The position numbers were made by a program, and so were the translations under genes. From contig MGUG01000052.1 of NCBI GenBank assembly GCA_001799845.1, positions 2,075-66,074 of the forward strand: a stretch of DNA of 64,000 nucleotides, written 5' to 3'. Below, piece by piece: positions 54,601-64,000 of the stretch. Origin of the DNA: Elusimicrobia bacterium GWC2_64_44. GTDB taxonomy: Bacteria > Elusimicrobiota > Elusimicrobia > Elusimicrobiales > UBA9959. Positions within the stretch are counted from its first letter, which is position 1. The number at the start of each line of letters is the position of its first letter. Under the pieces are notes generated by a model. The model saw only the letters and a program-made list of their open reading frames with translations. It was not told where the DNA came from and searched no databases.

Positions 54601-55560
54601 ATGAAAGCTATACGCGTCTCGAGGTTCGGCGGGCCGGAGGAACTGCGGCTGGAAGAGGCGCCGGTACCGGCGCCGGCGGCCGGCCAGGTACTGGTGCGGG
54701 TGTTGGCGGCAGGCGTGAACCCCTACGAGGCCTATATCCGTTCCGGCGCTTACCCGGCCCTGCCCGCCCTGCCCTATACGCCCGGCTCCGACGGGGCCGG
54801 CACGGTGGCCGCCATCGGCCCCGAAGTTACGGCGGTAAAGCCGGGCGACCGCGTCTACATAGCCAAGTGCCTCAGCGGCACTTACGCCGAGTACGCCCTG
54901 GCGCTGGAAGGGCAGGTGCACCCGCTGCCGGACCGCGTCACTTTTCAGCAGGGCGCGGCCCTGTGGGTGCCCTGCGGCGCGGCTTACCACGCGCTGACGC
55001 ACCAGGGAGGCGCCGCCGCCGGCGAGACGGTGCTGGTGCACGGCGCCAGCGGCGCCGTGGGCGGGGCGGCGGTCCAGTTCGCCCGGGCTCGGGGACTAAC
55101 TGTGCTGGGCACGGCGGGAACCCCGAAAGGCCGGGAGCTGGCGCTGCGCCTGGGCGCGCACGCCGTCTTCGACCACACCGCGCCGGGCTACCTGAAGGAA
55201 ATAGAGGCGGCCTGCCCCCGCGGCGCCGACCTGGTCCTGGAGATGCTGGCGAACGTTAACCTGGGGGCGGACCTGAAGCTGCTGGCCAAGGGCGGCAGGG
55301 TGGTGGTGATCGGCAGCCGCGGCGAATCCGTCATCGACCCGCGCGACCTGATGAGCCGGCGCGGCTCGATCCGCGCCTTCACGCTGTGGTCCGTCACGCC
55401 GCAGGAAGAGCGGGAGATACACGGCGCCATAGCGGCGGGCCTGGCCGACGGCACGCTGAACCCGGCGATAGGCAGGGAGTTCCCGCTGGCCGAAGCGGCC
55501 GCCGCCCACGCCGCGCTGATGGCGCCCGGCGCGGCCGGCAAGATAGTCCTCATCCCCTGA
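54601..55560 (+). CDS. qor: NADPH:quinone oxidoreductase (zeta-crystallin/MDR family)
   Basis: MKAIR...FGGPE, GVNP, PG.DGAG, VLVHGASGAVG, GKIVL; GGAGG SD. Confidence 0.9.
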   Translation: MKAIRVSRFGGPEELRLEEAPVPAPAAGQVLVRVLAAGVNPYEAYIRSGAYPALPALPYTPGSDGAGTVAAIGPEVTAVKPGDRVYIAKCLSGTYAEYALALEGQVHPLPDRVTFQQGAALWVPCGAAYHALTHQGGAAAGETVLVHGASGAVGGAAVQFARARGLTVLGTAGTPKGRELALRLGAHAVFDHTAPGYLKEIEAACPRGADLVLEMLANVNLGADLKLLAKGGRVVVIGSRGESVIDPRDLMSRRGSIRAFTLWSVTPQEEREIHGAIAAGLADGTLNPAIGREFPLAEAAAAHAALMAPGAAGKIVLIP

Positions 55561-55576
55561 AACCCGCGCAGGGCGC

Positions 55577-55605
55577 AAAAAAGCCCGGGGAGCGCCCGGG
55601 CTTTT
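55577..55605. terminator. bidirectional intrinsic terminator
   Basis: AAAAAAGCCCGGG-loop-CCCGGGCTTTT between convergent genes. Confidence 0.8.
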
Positions 55606-55623
55606 CATACTGCGCGGCCGAGC

Positions 55624-58600
55624 TCATTCCGGCGGCGCCGGCCCGGGCACCGTCCTTATACCGAACTTGAACAGCAGCTCCACCACGTACCGGCCCTGGC
55701 TGGAGTTCTTTCCTTCCAGGCTCCACCACGGCGTGATGGCGTATTCGGCGTCCACCCGCTTCTCGCCGCCGGGCGACAGCACCTGCCCGTAGCTGACGAA
55801 CAGCTCGGGGGTTATGTAGCGCCCCACCGTGATGTCCGCGGCCCTCTCTCCGGTCAGGCGGACGTTGAGCACGTCTATATCCAGCTTGCGCACCAGCGGG
55901 CCAGCCGCCTGTCTTGAAACGAAGTTGGCCAGCAGGTTGGCGGCGGCCGCCTGCGAGCCCGTGTCCGTCTGGCCGGCCTGGGCGCCGGGCTGGCGGGAGT
56001 AGGCGTAGAGCGGCTTGCCGGTGATCAGGTAGGACATGATATCCCGCTGCTCCATGGCCGGCTCCGACGTGAATTCCAGCACGGGGCTGCGCATGGTGCC
56101 GGTGCCGCGCAGGTAAACCTTGATGGGGCTTTCCCTGGGGGCGTTGGCCGCGCTCACGTCGATCCGGGGATCTATCGGGATCTCGCCGCCGAAGAGCAGG
56201 CTGCCGCTCTCGAGCGTAAAGGTGTTGCCCAGGTAGGTGTAAAAGCCTTTCAACGCTTCCACCGTGCCGATGACCACGTGCCGGCCGTAGGGCGCCTTCT
56301 TGATAAGCAGCTCGCCTTTGGCCTCTATTGAACTGGGCGGGTCCCTGTACCAGGCGTTGCGCTCGCTCCTCACCGTCAGGTCGAGGGCCAGCGATTCATA
56401 AAAGGGGCTGCGGCTCCCGTCCTGCGGCGCCTTGCGCCACCGCGGCATGTCGAACAGGCATTCCGCGAAGTCCGCCGTGCCGGAGAGGGAGGGCTTTTGC
56501 CAGGTCCCCCCGAAATCCAGGTCGGCGGCGGCCACTCCGGAAAGCCCCAGCGGCACGTCGAACGGGAGCTTGCGCGCCTTAGCGCTTACCTCCGGCCCCG
56601 CCGCGCCCAGCCTGCCCTGCGCGGTCAGGCGGCCCCCCCCTTTGCTCCGGGCCGACGCTGTGAAGGAAGCGGCGGCGCTTTCCTCTCCGCGCACCGCGGC
56701 GAGGACAGCCCTGAGCTTCAGGCCCAGCGGCACGATCTCGGCCTGCGGGGCCTCCACGCTGAGCGACCCCCTGTTGGTGAACACCTTGCCCTTCAGCCCT
56801 ATCTCTGCCGCCCCGTGCACTATCACTTTGTCGGCCTTGACCGCTGGCAGAAAGACCAGCAGCGGCGCAACGTTGAGCGTCGAGGCGGTCACCACGAAGT
56901 TAAGGTCCGGCTCCGGCCCGCCGAGCGCCGCGCCGCCGGCGGCGCTGAGCAGCCCGTCGTACACCCGCCACTCCGCGCGGCTTATCTCCAGGCGCTTCTT
57001 CGTGAAGCCCCCGTCCACCCGCAGCGTTCCGAAGTCCAGCCCCTTGACCTTCAGGCCGGAGCCCTGGAATTCCAGGGTCCCGCGCCGCGCCCCCCTGGCG
57101 TAGAGAGCCCTGGCGCTCACCAGGCCCGCGGGCGGCAGCGGCAGGCTGCTCAGCGCCGTAAAATTTTCAAGCTGCAGGCCGTTAAGCTTCAGGTCCAGCT
57201 CCGCCAGCGTGCCGCCGGAAGCGGAGACGGTGAGCTCCGCTGCGGCCCGCCCGTCCGTGGCGCAGAACCCGGCCGCGCCGTACCGGTTCCCCGAGAGCTC
57301 TGTCTTGAAAGGGCGACAGAGGCGCCACTCCGGGGCGTCGCGCAGGCGCAGGGAGTTCCAGCGGGCCGTCAGCGCCCCATCGTGAAAGCGGGAGGTCCCC
57401 TCCAGCTCCGCCTCCAGGTAGGGAGAAGAGAAGGCCGCGCGCAGGGCGCTGGAAGCGGGCGTGCCCTCGGCCGCCAGGCTTGCGGCCCCCAGGGCCCTTT
57501 TGCCGTAGAAGAGGTTGATGGCGCCGGCGTCGGCCTTGAACCGGGGACGGCCGCCCGCGCTGAAGCTTCCCGCCGTGGTGAGGAGGTCGGCGCGCACCGG
57601 GCCATACGCCGCCGAGGCCACGGCTACGTCCCAGGTAAGCGCCGGGGAAGACCCCCGGCCGCCCAGCTTCCCTTTTCCCTCCAGCGTACCGAGGTGCAGC
57701 GGCTCCTTCAGCGGGAAGGAAAGCGCTTTTTGGGAGCGCAGGCTCCATGACCCGCTATAGCCGCCGCCGGAGTACGCGGCGGAGAGCGACCCCTGCGCCT
57801 CCGGCGAGCGCAGGGCCGCTTTCAGGGCGGCGCTGCCCGCGGAGAGCTTCAGCCCGCCGGTCAGCGCCGCTCCGCGCGGCAGGGCGGTGCGGAACCGCGC
57901 CTCGCCCTCGGCCTGAGCGAAAACGAAATACCTGCCTGCGCCGTCCGCCCTGACCGCTCCCTTCAGGTCCGGCAGGTCCCCGCTGGCCAGCGACAGGGGC
58001 AGGCCGGACGAGTCCAGCTCGAAACTCCAGCGGCTCCCGGCGTCCAGCCGCGCGCCCAGGCGGAACCGGGCTTTCTTCAGCAGCCCGCCGGCCCGCAGCT
58101 CGTGCTTTTCCCCGGCCAGGGTGTAATCGAAATCCGCCAGCAGGCCGGCCGGGGAGGAGGCCTTGCCCGACGCGGAGAGCCCCTCCGGCCCGTAGCGCCC
58201 GGAGGCAGACACGGAGACGCCGCGGAATTCCCCCCGCAGCTCGCGGGCCGCTACCTGTCCTTTGGCTACGGTCAGGAACGCGGACACCGCGGTAACGTCG
58301 TTCTCCCCGCCGGCAGCGGAACTCAGCACCACCCGGCTGTCCTCCACCCGCACCTCTCTGATATCCAGGCCGGGCGGCAGGCCAGCGTCGGGCCGCCCGG
58401 GCTCCGCCGGCTCCGCGGCCACCGGCCTGATCACCGCCCCGGAGATCAAAAGTTCGCTCACCGCCGCGCGCCCGCGCAGCAGGCCGCGCAGCAGCGGCTT
58501 CACTTCCACACGCGCGACGTCAGCCTCCAGGCCCGGCAGCCTCAGTCTCACGTTGTAAAGCCTGAAGCCGCCAGCGAGGCCGCCTTCTACCCGGCCCGCC

Positions 58601-58728
58601 GTCAGCGCGCCGCCGCCGTACTTGGCAAGCAGGAGCTCCGCGAGGCCCGCCTGGAAGGTCCAGAGCAGCAGGGCGCCGGCAGCCGCCAGGCCCGCCAGCA
58701 GATAAAGAACTTTCCGCCTCAGGGGCAT
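55624..58728 (-). CDS. TamB-like protein (AsmA superfamily, DUF490 C-terminus)
   Basis: N-terminal TM, Gly-rich beta repeats, C-terminal G.L.F.G..DP..D, GT...P..F.S.P..Q.DI.SYL..G, VGRYITP.LFVSY. Confidence 0.82.
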   Translation of the reverse strand: MPLRRKVLYLLAGLAAAGALLLWTFQAGLAELLLAKYGGGALTAGRVEGGLAGGFRLYNVRLRLPGLEADVARVEVKPLLRGLLRGRAAVSELLISGAVIRPVAAEPAEPGRPDAGLPPGLDIREVRVEDSRVVLSSAAGGENDVTAVSAFLTVAKGQVAARELRGEFRGVSVSASGRYGPEGLSASGKASSPAGLLADFDYTLAGEKHELRAGGLLKKARFRLGARLDAGSRWSFELDSSGLPLSLASGDLPDLKGAVRADGAGRYFVFAQAEGEARFRTALPRGAALTGGLKLSAGSAALKAALRSPEAQGSLSAAYSGGGYSGSWSLRSQKALSFPLKEPLHLGTLEGKGKLGGRGSSPALTWDVAVASAAYGPVRADLLTTAGSFSAGGRPRFKADAGAINLFYGKRALGAASLAAEGTPASSALRAAFSSPYLEAELEGTSRFHDGALTARWNSLRLRDAPEWRLCRPFKTELSGNRYGAAGFCATDGRAAAELTVSASGGTLAELDLKLNGLQLENFTALSSLPLPPAGLVSARALYARGARRGTLEFQGSGLKVKGLDFGTLRVDGGFTKKRLEISRAEWRVYDGLLSAAGGAALGGPEPDLNFVVTASTLNVAPLLVFLPAVKADKVIVHGAAEIGLKGKVFTNRGSLSVEAPQAEIVPLGLKLRAVLAAVRGEESAAASFTASARSKGGGRLTAQGRLGAAGPEVSAKARKLPFDVPLGLSGVAAADLDFGGTWQKPSLSGTADFAECLFDMPRWRKAPQDGSRSPFYESLALDLTVRSERNAWYRDPPSSIEAKGELLIKKAPYGRHVVIGTVEALKGFYTYLGNTFTLESGSLLFGGEIPIDPRIDVSAANAPRESPIKVYLRGTGTMRSPVLEFTSEPAMEQRDIMSYLITGKPLYAYSRQPGAQAGQTDTGSQAAAANLLANFVSRQAAGPLVRKLDIDVLNVRLTGERAADITVGRYITPELFVSYGQVLSPGGEKRVDAEYAITPWWSLEGKNSSQGRYVVELLFKFGIRTVPGPAPPE

Positions 58729-60266
58729 CAGAACGCCTCCCCTATGGTGAAGTGGATGCGCCAGGTATCGGCCTTGGCCACAGCCGTTGGTTTTTCAGGG
58801 TTCAGCTTGTAGCCGAAATCCAGCCGTATCGGGCCGACCGGTGTAAGGTAGCGCAGGCCGCCGCCGGCGCCGTATTTCCAGTTGGCCGGCGCGGAGCCGC
58901 TCAGGCTGTCGGCCACCTGCCCGCCGTCGAGGAAGAGCGCGCCCTTGAAGCCTTTGTAGAGCGGGAACCGCAGCTCGGCGTGACCCTCCAGCGAGGTTTT
59001 GCCTCCCAGCGGATTGCCGTTGGCGTCTTCGGGTCCGACGTCCCTTTCCCCGTAGCCGCGCACCGAGTTGCCGCCGCCCATGAAGAACCTTTCGAAGATA
59101 GGCACGTCCGGGGTGCGCCCCGTCTCCTGGATGAAGCCGCCCGCGGCCGAGAGCAGGCCGGTAATTTCCCAGAAAAGCTTCTGGTAGAGGGTATGCCGCA
59201 GCGTGCCCTTGTAAAAGCTGATATCGCCGCCCCAGAAGCCGCCGGAACGCTCGAGGGCCGCCTCGGAACGGCTGCCGGCGCGCGGATAGAAAAAATCGTC
59301 GGTGGTGTCCCTGTTCACGGCTACAGAGACTGCCCTGGTCTGGGAGAGCGACGGGGCCTCGGTTGTGAGCAGCGGGTCCACGCCGAAGATCAGGGTCCGC
59401 TGCATCCTGTACTGCACAGAGGCGGAAAGGCCTTTCCCGAGTTCCCGCCCAAGGCTGAGCAGGTTCTTCACGCTCTCCATGTCGTAGCCCTCACGCCGCT
59501 CCCGGCGCCAGGTGAGCCCGTCGCGCAGCTCGGTGCGGCTGAACAGGAAATTGCGGTTGAGGATCTCGCCGTGGTACTCCAGCCAGATGCGCGACAGCGT
59601 ACCGGTCACCTGGGCCTGGTAGCCCCTGTTCAGGAAGTTGTTGTGGGTCAGCCCCAGCGTGAGGCGCTCTTTCTCTTCGGAGCCGTAGCCGACGCCGGTC
59701 TTCACCCATAGCATGGGTTTTTCCCTCGCGGATATATTTACGTCTATCAGCCGGGATACGGGAGAGGAGGAGACCGTGGTGCGCAACCGCTCGAACCAGT
59801 TGGCGGCGTAGAGCCGGCTCTGGGACCGGATGAGCCGCTCGTAGCTGTACGGGTCCCCTTTCCTATAGTCGAGCTCTTTTTTTACCACGCGCTCGGGCAG
59901 GGCGCGCAGGCCGGTCACCGAAGTGTCGCCGAAACTGTAGACCGGGCCTTCCGTTATCCCTATCCTGACGAAGACGGAGGTCCCGTCCGGCAGCGAGGAG
60001 ACCGTTATTTCCGCGTCGGAATAGCCGCGGTTGTGATAGAAGGAAGTGAGGAGTTCGCGGTCGAAGGCCTCTTTTTCGCCGGTCCAGGCCGCCCCTGGCC
60101 GCAGCTCCAGCGCGTCGAGCAGCTCCGCGGGCGAGAACGCCGCGTTGCCGCTGAAACTCACGGACGACACCAGCGCCGCCGGCTCCGCGGGGCGCGCGCC
60201 GTCCGCCGCCAGGCATGGGAAGCCCGGGGCCAGGAGCGCGCAGCAAAACACGGTTTTCTTCAGCAT
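58728..60266 (-). CDS. Omp85/TamA-BamA-family outer membrane protein with two POTRA domains
   Basis: Signal peptide, POTRA (F.GN..F, Y..RGY, I.EG), F..GG.NSVRGY, G.GLRY.TPVGPIRLD, terminal Phe. Confidence 0.9.
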   Translation of the reverse strand: MLKKTVFCCALLAPGFPCLAADGARPAEPAALVSSVSFSGNAAFSPAELLDALELRPGAAWTGEKEAFDRELLTSFYHNRGYSDAEITVSSLPDGTSVFVRIGITEGPVYSFGDTSVTGLRALPERVVKKELDYRKGDPYSYERLIRSQSRLYAANWFERLRTTVSSSPVSRLIDVNISAREKPMLWVKTGVGYGSEEKERLTLGLTHNNFLNRGYQAQVTGTLSRIWLEYHGEILNRNFLFSRTELRDGLTWRRERREGYDMESVKNLLSLGRELGKGLSASVQYRMQRTLIFGVDPLLTTEAPSLSQTRAVSVAVNRDTTDDFFYPRAGSRSEAALERSGGFWGGDISFYKGTLRHTLYQKLFWEITGLLSAAGGFIQETGRTPDVPIFERFFMGGGNSVRGYGERDVGPEDANGNPLGGKTSLEGHAELRFPLYKGFKGALFLDGGQVADSLSGSAPANWKYGAGGGLRYLTPVGPIRLDFGYKLNPEKPTAVAKADTWRIHFTIGEAF

Positions 60267-60315
60267 TCGCCCTAACGTCCCGCCCGGCCGCAGCCGGCCG
60301 GCCGTCCCCGCTGTC

Positions 60316-60762
60316 TTAGTTCTTTTTCCGGGGCTTGCAGCCGGGCACTACCCCGTCCGCGGCCTCCCGGTGCGCGAACTTTTCCGCCCGGCGCAGCAGC
60401 GCCGCCACCCTGGCCCTCAGTTCCTGCGGGGAGAAGGGCTTCGGCATGTAGTCGTCCGCCCCGAGGTCCAGGCCTTCGGCCTGCTCCGCGGAATAGTCTT
60501 TGGCGCTCAGTATTAGCACCGGCAGGTTCCTGAGTTCCGGCTTCTGCTTGATGCGCGTGAAGAGCTGCACCCCGTCGCCGTCAGGCAGCAGGCGGTCCAG
60601 GATCAGCAGGTCCAGCTTTCCAGCTTCCAGCAGCGCCTCGGCCTCTTTAATGGTAGCGGCGGTCACTATCTCCGCCCCGCTGCCGGCCAGCACCCTCGTC
60701 ACGATGTCCGACACATGCGGCTCGTCTTCCACCAGGAGTATGCGTTTGTTCGTCTTAGTCAT
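60316..60762 (-). CDS. receiver-domain response regulator without a DNA-binding domain
   Basis: VEDE, LD..LPDGDG, LSA, GADDYMPKPF..EL.ARV; short tail only. Confidence 0.88.
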   Translation of the reverse strand: MTKTNKRILLVEDEPHVSDIVTRVLAGSGAEIVTAATIKEAEALLEAGKLDLLILDRLLPDGDGVQLFTRIKQKPELRNLPVLILSAKDYSAEQAEGLDLGADDYMPKPFSPQELRARVAALLRRAEKFAHREAADGVVPGCKPRKKN

Positions 60763-60770
60763 ATAGCCCC

Positions 60771-61880
60771 CTATTCCCCCCGCGCGCCTTTTTCCGCCAT
60801 GCCCTGCCAGAGCCTGCGCTCCAGCGCGGCAGATTTTTCCATATTCTCCCGCGCCTGCCGGACCAGCGCCTCTAATTTAGCCTGGTCCACGCCGCCGCCC
60901 CCTTTTTCGCCGTCGGCCGCCCGGGCCGCCAGCGCCTTTACCGAATCGTTGAGCGTGCAGGCGCCCTCGTTGAAGTCCAGCGCGGCGTTGTAGATGGCGC
61001 GGTCGTGCTCGGCCGCCTTGCCCGGTTTCTTCAGCAGCAGCCAGGGCTGCCAGCGCACCTGGCGCGAGAGGGACTTAAGGTTGGCGGAGGTCTTGTCGGC
61101 GTTGGAGAAGGCGCTGATGAGCGGGTCGCGGCTTTTCTCCAGGACCAGGTCCGCGTTCTCTCCGGCGCGGGCAAGCGACCGCGAGGCCGCGCTCAGGTTC
61201 GCGAAGCTTTCGGACAGCTGCCCCCCGCCTCCAGCCATGGTGCCCGAGAACTCCTCCAGGTTTTTCGCGCTGTTTACGATGGCCCGCTCGGTAGCCGGCA
61301 CGGAGCGGTTAAGCGAGGCCATAACCGACCTGGCCAGCTCGCTGGTTTCCTTGAGGTTGACCACAGCGGCCAGGGCCGCGCCCGACATTTCCTTGTCGGC
61401 CATCACGTCCACGAAATCGTCTATGCGGCGCGCTATGCTGCCCGCCGTGCCGGCCAGTTCCTTCATGGAAACCGGGGCCGCACCCTGCAGCCTGGCGCCG
61501 GGGGCCAACCCGCGCTCCGAACGCCCCGGCGTCACGGACAGCACCGTGTTGCCGGTCAGCGTGCGGTCCACGGCCGCCGCCGTGTCGGCTGGAAAAGCCT
61601 CGGGGTACACTATCCTGGCCGTCACCTCAACCGCCGCCCCCGGCCCGGCCGCGTCCCGAAAACGCACCACCTCCATGCCGGTGACCTTGCCTAGGGCCAG
61701 CCCCATCACCTGCACCGGGTCGCCCGCCCGCAGCCCCTGCACGTCGGTAAACAGCACCTTCAGGGTCTGCTTCTTCTTGAAGGCCGTGTCCCAGCGCCCC
61801 GCGACCGACAGCACCAGGCCGCCCAGCAGCAGCCCGGCCAGCAGCACCGCCCCTGCCTTGGCTTCAGATCGGGTTCTCAT
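60771..61880 (-). CDS. mlaD: MCE/MlaD-family protein with long helical extension
   Basis: TM anchor, F.DV.GL..G.PV...G...GKV, coiled-coil tail, QPW.LL. Confidence 0.8.
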   Translation of the reverse strand: MRTRSEAKAGAVLLAGLLLGGLVLSVAGRWDTAFKKKQTLKVLFTDVQGLRAGDPVQVMGLALGKVTGMEVVRFRDAAGPGAAVEVTARIVYPEAFPADTAAAVDRTLTGNTVLSVTPGRSERGLAPGARLQGAAPVSMKELAGTAGSIARRIDDFVDVMADKEMSGAALAAVVNLKETSELARSVMASLNRSVPATERAIVNSAKNLEEFSGTMAGGGGQLSESFANLSAASRSLARAGENADLVLEKSRDPLISAFSNADKTSANLKSLSRQVRWQPWLLLKKPGKAAEHDRAIYNAALDFNEGACTLNDSVKALAARAADGEKGGGGVDQAKLEALVRQARENMEKSAALERRLWQGMAEKGARGE

Positions 61881-62707
61881 AACCTCTCCTCAAAGCGTTC
61901 GGCCTGCCCCAGCAGGTCCTCGGCGTAATCCTTCCTCGACACCCGCAGCGGGATGGGCCCGTCCGCGAGGCCGCCCACGAACTGCCGCACCAGAGGGTCG
62001 GCCGAAGCCCGGATCTCCTCCGGCGTGCCCTCGGCCACCGCCCGCCCCCTGAAAAGCAGGATCATCCGGTGCGCGATCCTGAACGCGCTGCCCATGTCGT
62101 GCGTGACCACTATTGAGGTCACGCCGGTCTTGCGGTTCAGGTCAGTCATCAGCTCGTCTATCATGCCGCCAGCCACCGGGTCCAGCCCTGCGGTCGGCTC
62201 GTCGTAGAACATCACCTGCGGGTCCAGCGCCATCGCGCGCGCCAGGCCCACCCGCTTCTTCATGCCGCCGCTCAGCTCGGCGGGCATCAGGTGTTCGAAG
62301 TCCCGCAGCCCTACCATCTCCAGTTTCATCTTCACCATGATCCCGATGGTCTCCGGCGAAAGGCGCGTGTGCTCCCGGAGGGGCAGCGCTATGTTCTCGC
62401 CTACCGTGAGCGAGTTGAAGAGCGCCCCGGACTGGAACAGGATGCCGGTTTTCATGCGCAGCGCGTCCAGGTCAGCGCCTTCCAGCCGCGCCAGGTCCTT
62501 GCCCAGGATCTCTATGCTGCCCGAGGTCGGGGGCATGGCCCCGATGAGCATCCGCAGCAGCGTGGACTTGCCGCAGCCGCTGGCGCCCATCACCACCAGC
62601 ACCTCGCCCCTGCTCACCGTGAAGTTCAGCCCGTCCAGCACCGGCACGCCGCTGAAGCGCTTTACCAGGTCCCTGACGACTATCGGTTTCCGGTCTTCGC
62701 TTCCCAT
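61877..62707 (-). CDS. mlaF: MlaF/Mkl-type ABC ATPase
   Basis: G.SGCGKST, LFQSGALF.SL, P.ELSGGMKKRVGLARA, YDEPTAGLDP, VTHD. Confidence 0.92.
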   Translation of the reverse strand: MGSEDRKPIVVRDLVKRFSGVPVLDGLNFTVSRGEVLVVMGASGCGKSTLLRMLIGAMPPTSGSIEILGKDLARLEGADLDALRMKTGILFQSGALFNSLTVGENIALPLREHTRLSPETIGIMVKMKLEMVGLRDFEHLMPAELSGGMKKRVGLARAMALDPQVMFYDEPTAGLDPVAGGMIDELMTDLNRKTGVTSIVVTHDMGSAFRIAHRMILLFRGRAVAEGTPEEIRASADPLVRQFVGGLADGPIPLRVSRKDYAEDLLGQAERFEERL

Positions 62708-62711
62708 AAGG

Positions 62712-63515
62712 TCACCGCCCGAGCAGCGCGTGGAACAGCGCCGTAAAAAAGCAGTCCGCCGCGATTATAGCCACCACGGAGTACACCACCGAGCGCGTGG
62801 CCGCCCTGCCCACGCCTTCCGCCCCGGAATCCACGCCCAGCCCTTCGCGGCAGGAGATCACCGAGATCAGCACGGCGAAGACCAGGCTCTTGAAAACGCC
62901 TATCAGCACGTCGGAGACCGCCAGCCCGTCGAGCAGCTTGCGGACGAATAGCCCCGGCGCGACGCCGAGCGCCCCCCAGCCCGTCAGCAGCCCGCCCAGC
63001 ACGCCGGAGAAATCCCCCACCATCGTGACGCAGGGGATCATCACCGCGGCGGCCAGCACCCGGGGCGCTACCAGGTAGCGCACCGGCGAAATGGCCAGCG
63101 CGCGCAGCGCCTCTATTTCCTCGCTCACCGCCATCGTCCCCAGTTCGGCCGAGATAGCCGCCCCGGCGTAGCCGGCCATGACCACCCCGGTCATCAGCGG
63201 CCCCAGCTCGCGGAACATGCCCAGTCCCACGACGGTGCCCACGTACTCCGTGACGCCGAACTTCTTGAGGATGTAGGCCATCTGCAGCGCCAGCACCACG
63301 CCTATGAAGAACTGCACCAGGCAGACCAGCCCCAGGCTGGCGTAACCCACCCGGGCCATCTGCTCGAAGACCGGCTCCGCCCGGACCCCGCGCCGGCCGG
63401 CCCGGAATGGCTCCAGAAAAACAGCCTCGAAGGCGTCCGCCGACAGCCAGCCCAGCCCGCCCAGGTAGCGCAGCCCGCTTAAAAGGGCGGCCGGCCGCAC
63501 GGCAGTTCTCTCCAC
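62712..63515 (-). CDS. mlaE: MlaE-type permease
   Basis: RELGP..T....AG..GA...AELGTM..SEEI.AL, Y.V.PR, GA.GVG.A.T.SVV. Confidence 0.92.
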   Translation of the reverse strand: MERTAVRPAALLSGLRYLGGLGWLSADAFEAVFLEPFRAGRRGVRAEPVFEQMARVGYASLGLVCLVQFFIGVVLALQMAYILKKFGVTEYVGTVVGLGMFRELGPLMTGVVMAGYAGAAISAELGTMAVSEEIEALRALAISPVRYLVAPRVLAAAVMIPCVTMVGDFSGVLGGLLTGWGALGVAPGLFVRKLLDGLAVSDVLIGVFKSLVFAVLISVISCREGLGVDSGAEGVGRAATRSVVYSVVAIIAADCFFTALFHALLGR

Positions 63516-63516
63516 G

Positions 63517-63861
63517 TTAGCCCCCCAGCGCTTCGCGGCGCGTGGCCGCGAGCGTGAAAAATTTATCCAGCCTCGCCAGCTCGAAGACGTCCCTGACCTT
63601 GCCGCTCATCGAGCAGAGCGAGAACCGCACCCCGGCGGCCTTGGCCGCCTTCATGGCCTCCACCAGCGTGGCCACCCCGGAGCTGTCCATGAAAGTAACC
63701 CCGGCGAGGTCCGCCACCACCGCCGCGGGCCTGTCCGCCACCGCCGCCAGCAGCGTCTCTCGCAGCGCGGGCGACTCGTGCATGTCCACCTCACCCACCG
63801 GGGAGATCACCGCGGAGCGGCCCAGCCGCCCGCCTTCCAGCACTTCGCTGGTTATCCGCAC
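63517..63861 (-). CDS. STAS domain protein (anti-sigma antagonist / MlaB position)
   Basis: GTG start 63861; GEVD..SP.LR, DL..V.FMDSSG, V..VFEL..L. Confidence 0.88.
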   Translation of the reverse strand: MRITSEVLEGGRLGRSAVISPVGEVDMHESPALRETLLAAVADRPAAVVADLAGVTFMDSSGVATLVEAMKAAKAAGVRFSLCSMSGKVRDVFELARLDKFFTLAATRREALGG

Positions 63862-64000
63862 GGGCGCCCCCCTTTGCCGGCCGCCAGCATATGCAGCTCG
63901 TTGCCGTCCCAGAGGCTGTCGTCGAATTCCACCGCGTCCATGATGCGGCACATGTAATGCAGGCCCAGCCCGCCCGGGCGCACGTCGCCCAGGTCGCGCG
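63852..64000 (-). CDS. C-terminus of an RsbW-like anti-sigma/Ser kinase (HATPase_c), truncated by window edge
   Basis: Manual translation RDLGDVRPGGLGLHYMCRIMDAVEFDDSLWDGNELHM...*; overlaps the STAS start. Confidence 0.8.
   Translation of the reverse strand, partial: RDLGDVRPGGLGLHYMCRIMDAVEFDDSLWDGNELHMLAAGKGGRPCG

Noticed and set aside
1-64000. CRISPR arrays, prophage, transposases, defence systems
   Set aside because: No regularly spaced repeats and no such ORFs were seen; nearly all space is accounted for by housekeeping or envelope genes

Overview
GC-rich, gene-dense chromosomal window from a diderm bacterium with an anaerobe-like gene set. Elusimicrobiota-like is my unverified impression. 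Contents in order: an envelope/pyrE/SAM-hydrolase/rlmI block; tRNA-Phe; a near-complete de novo purine cluster (purE-C-S-L-Q-F-D-M-[structured RNA]-purN/H fusion, plus purB and a short archaeal-type purA); an Rrf2-hcp and rubrerythrin/Tpx/desulfoferrodoxin/rubredoxin stress cluster; secreted and lipoprotein genes; glnA; an enlarged glmS; a MacAB-TolC-like exporter with a trailing sensor kinase; a xanthine-dehydrogenase-family trio; bacterioferritin; mobA-fdhD and a two-subunit NAD-linked formate dehydrogenase; and an RsbW-STAS-MlaEFD-receiver-TamA/TamB operon. I saw no CRISPR array, prophage, transposase or rRNA. Best leads: (1) a 126-nt strand-specific, possibly pseudoknotted RNA between purM and purN-purH; (2) a partner-switch module built into an MCE plus TAM lipid-transport operon; (3) a 258-bp three-arm inverted-repeat element upstream of glmS; (4) a periplasmic adaptor lacking its alpha-hairpin; (5) repeated leaderless-gene promoters. 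All calls come from reading motifs by eye; no database searches were run.
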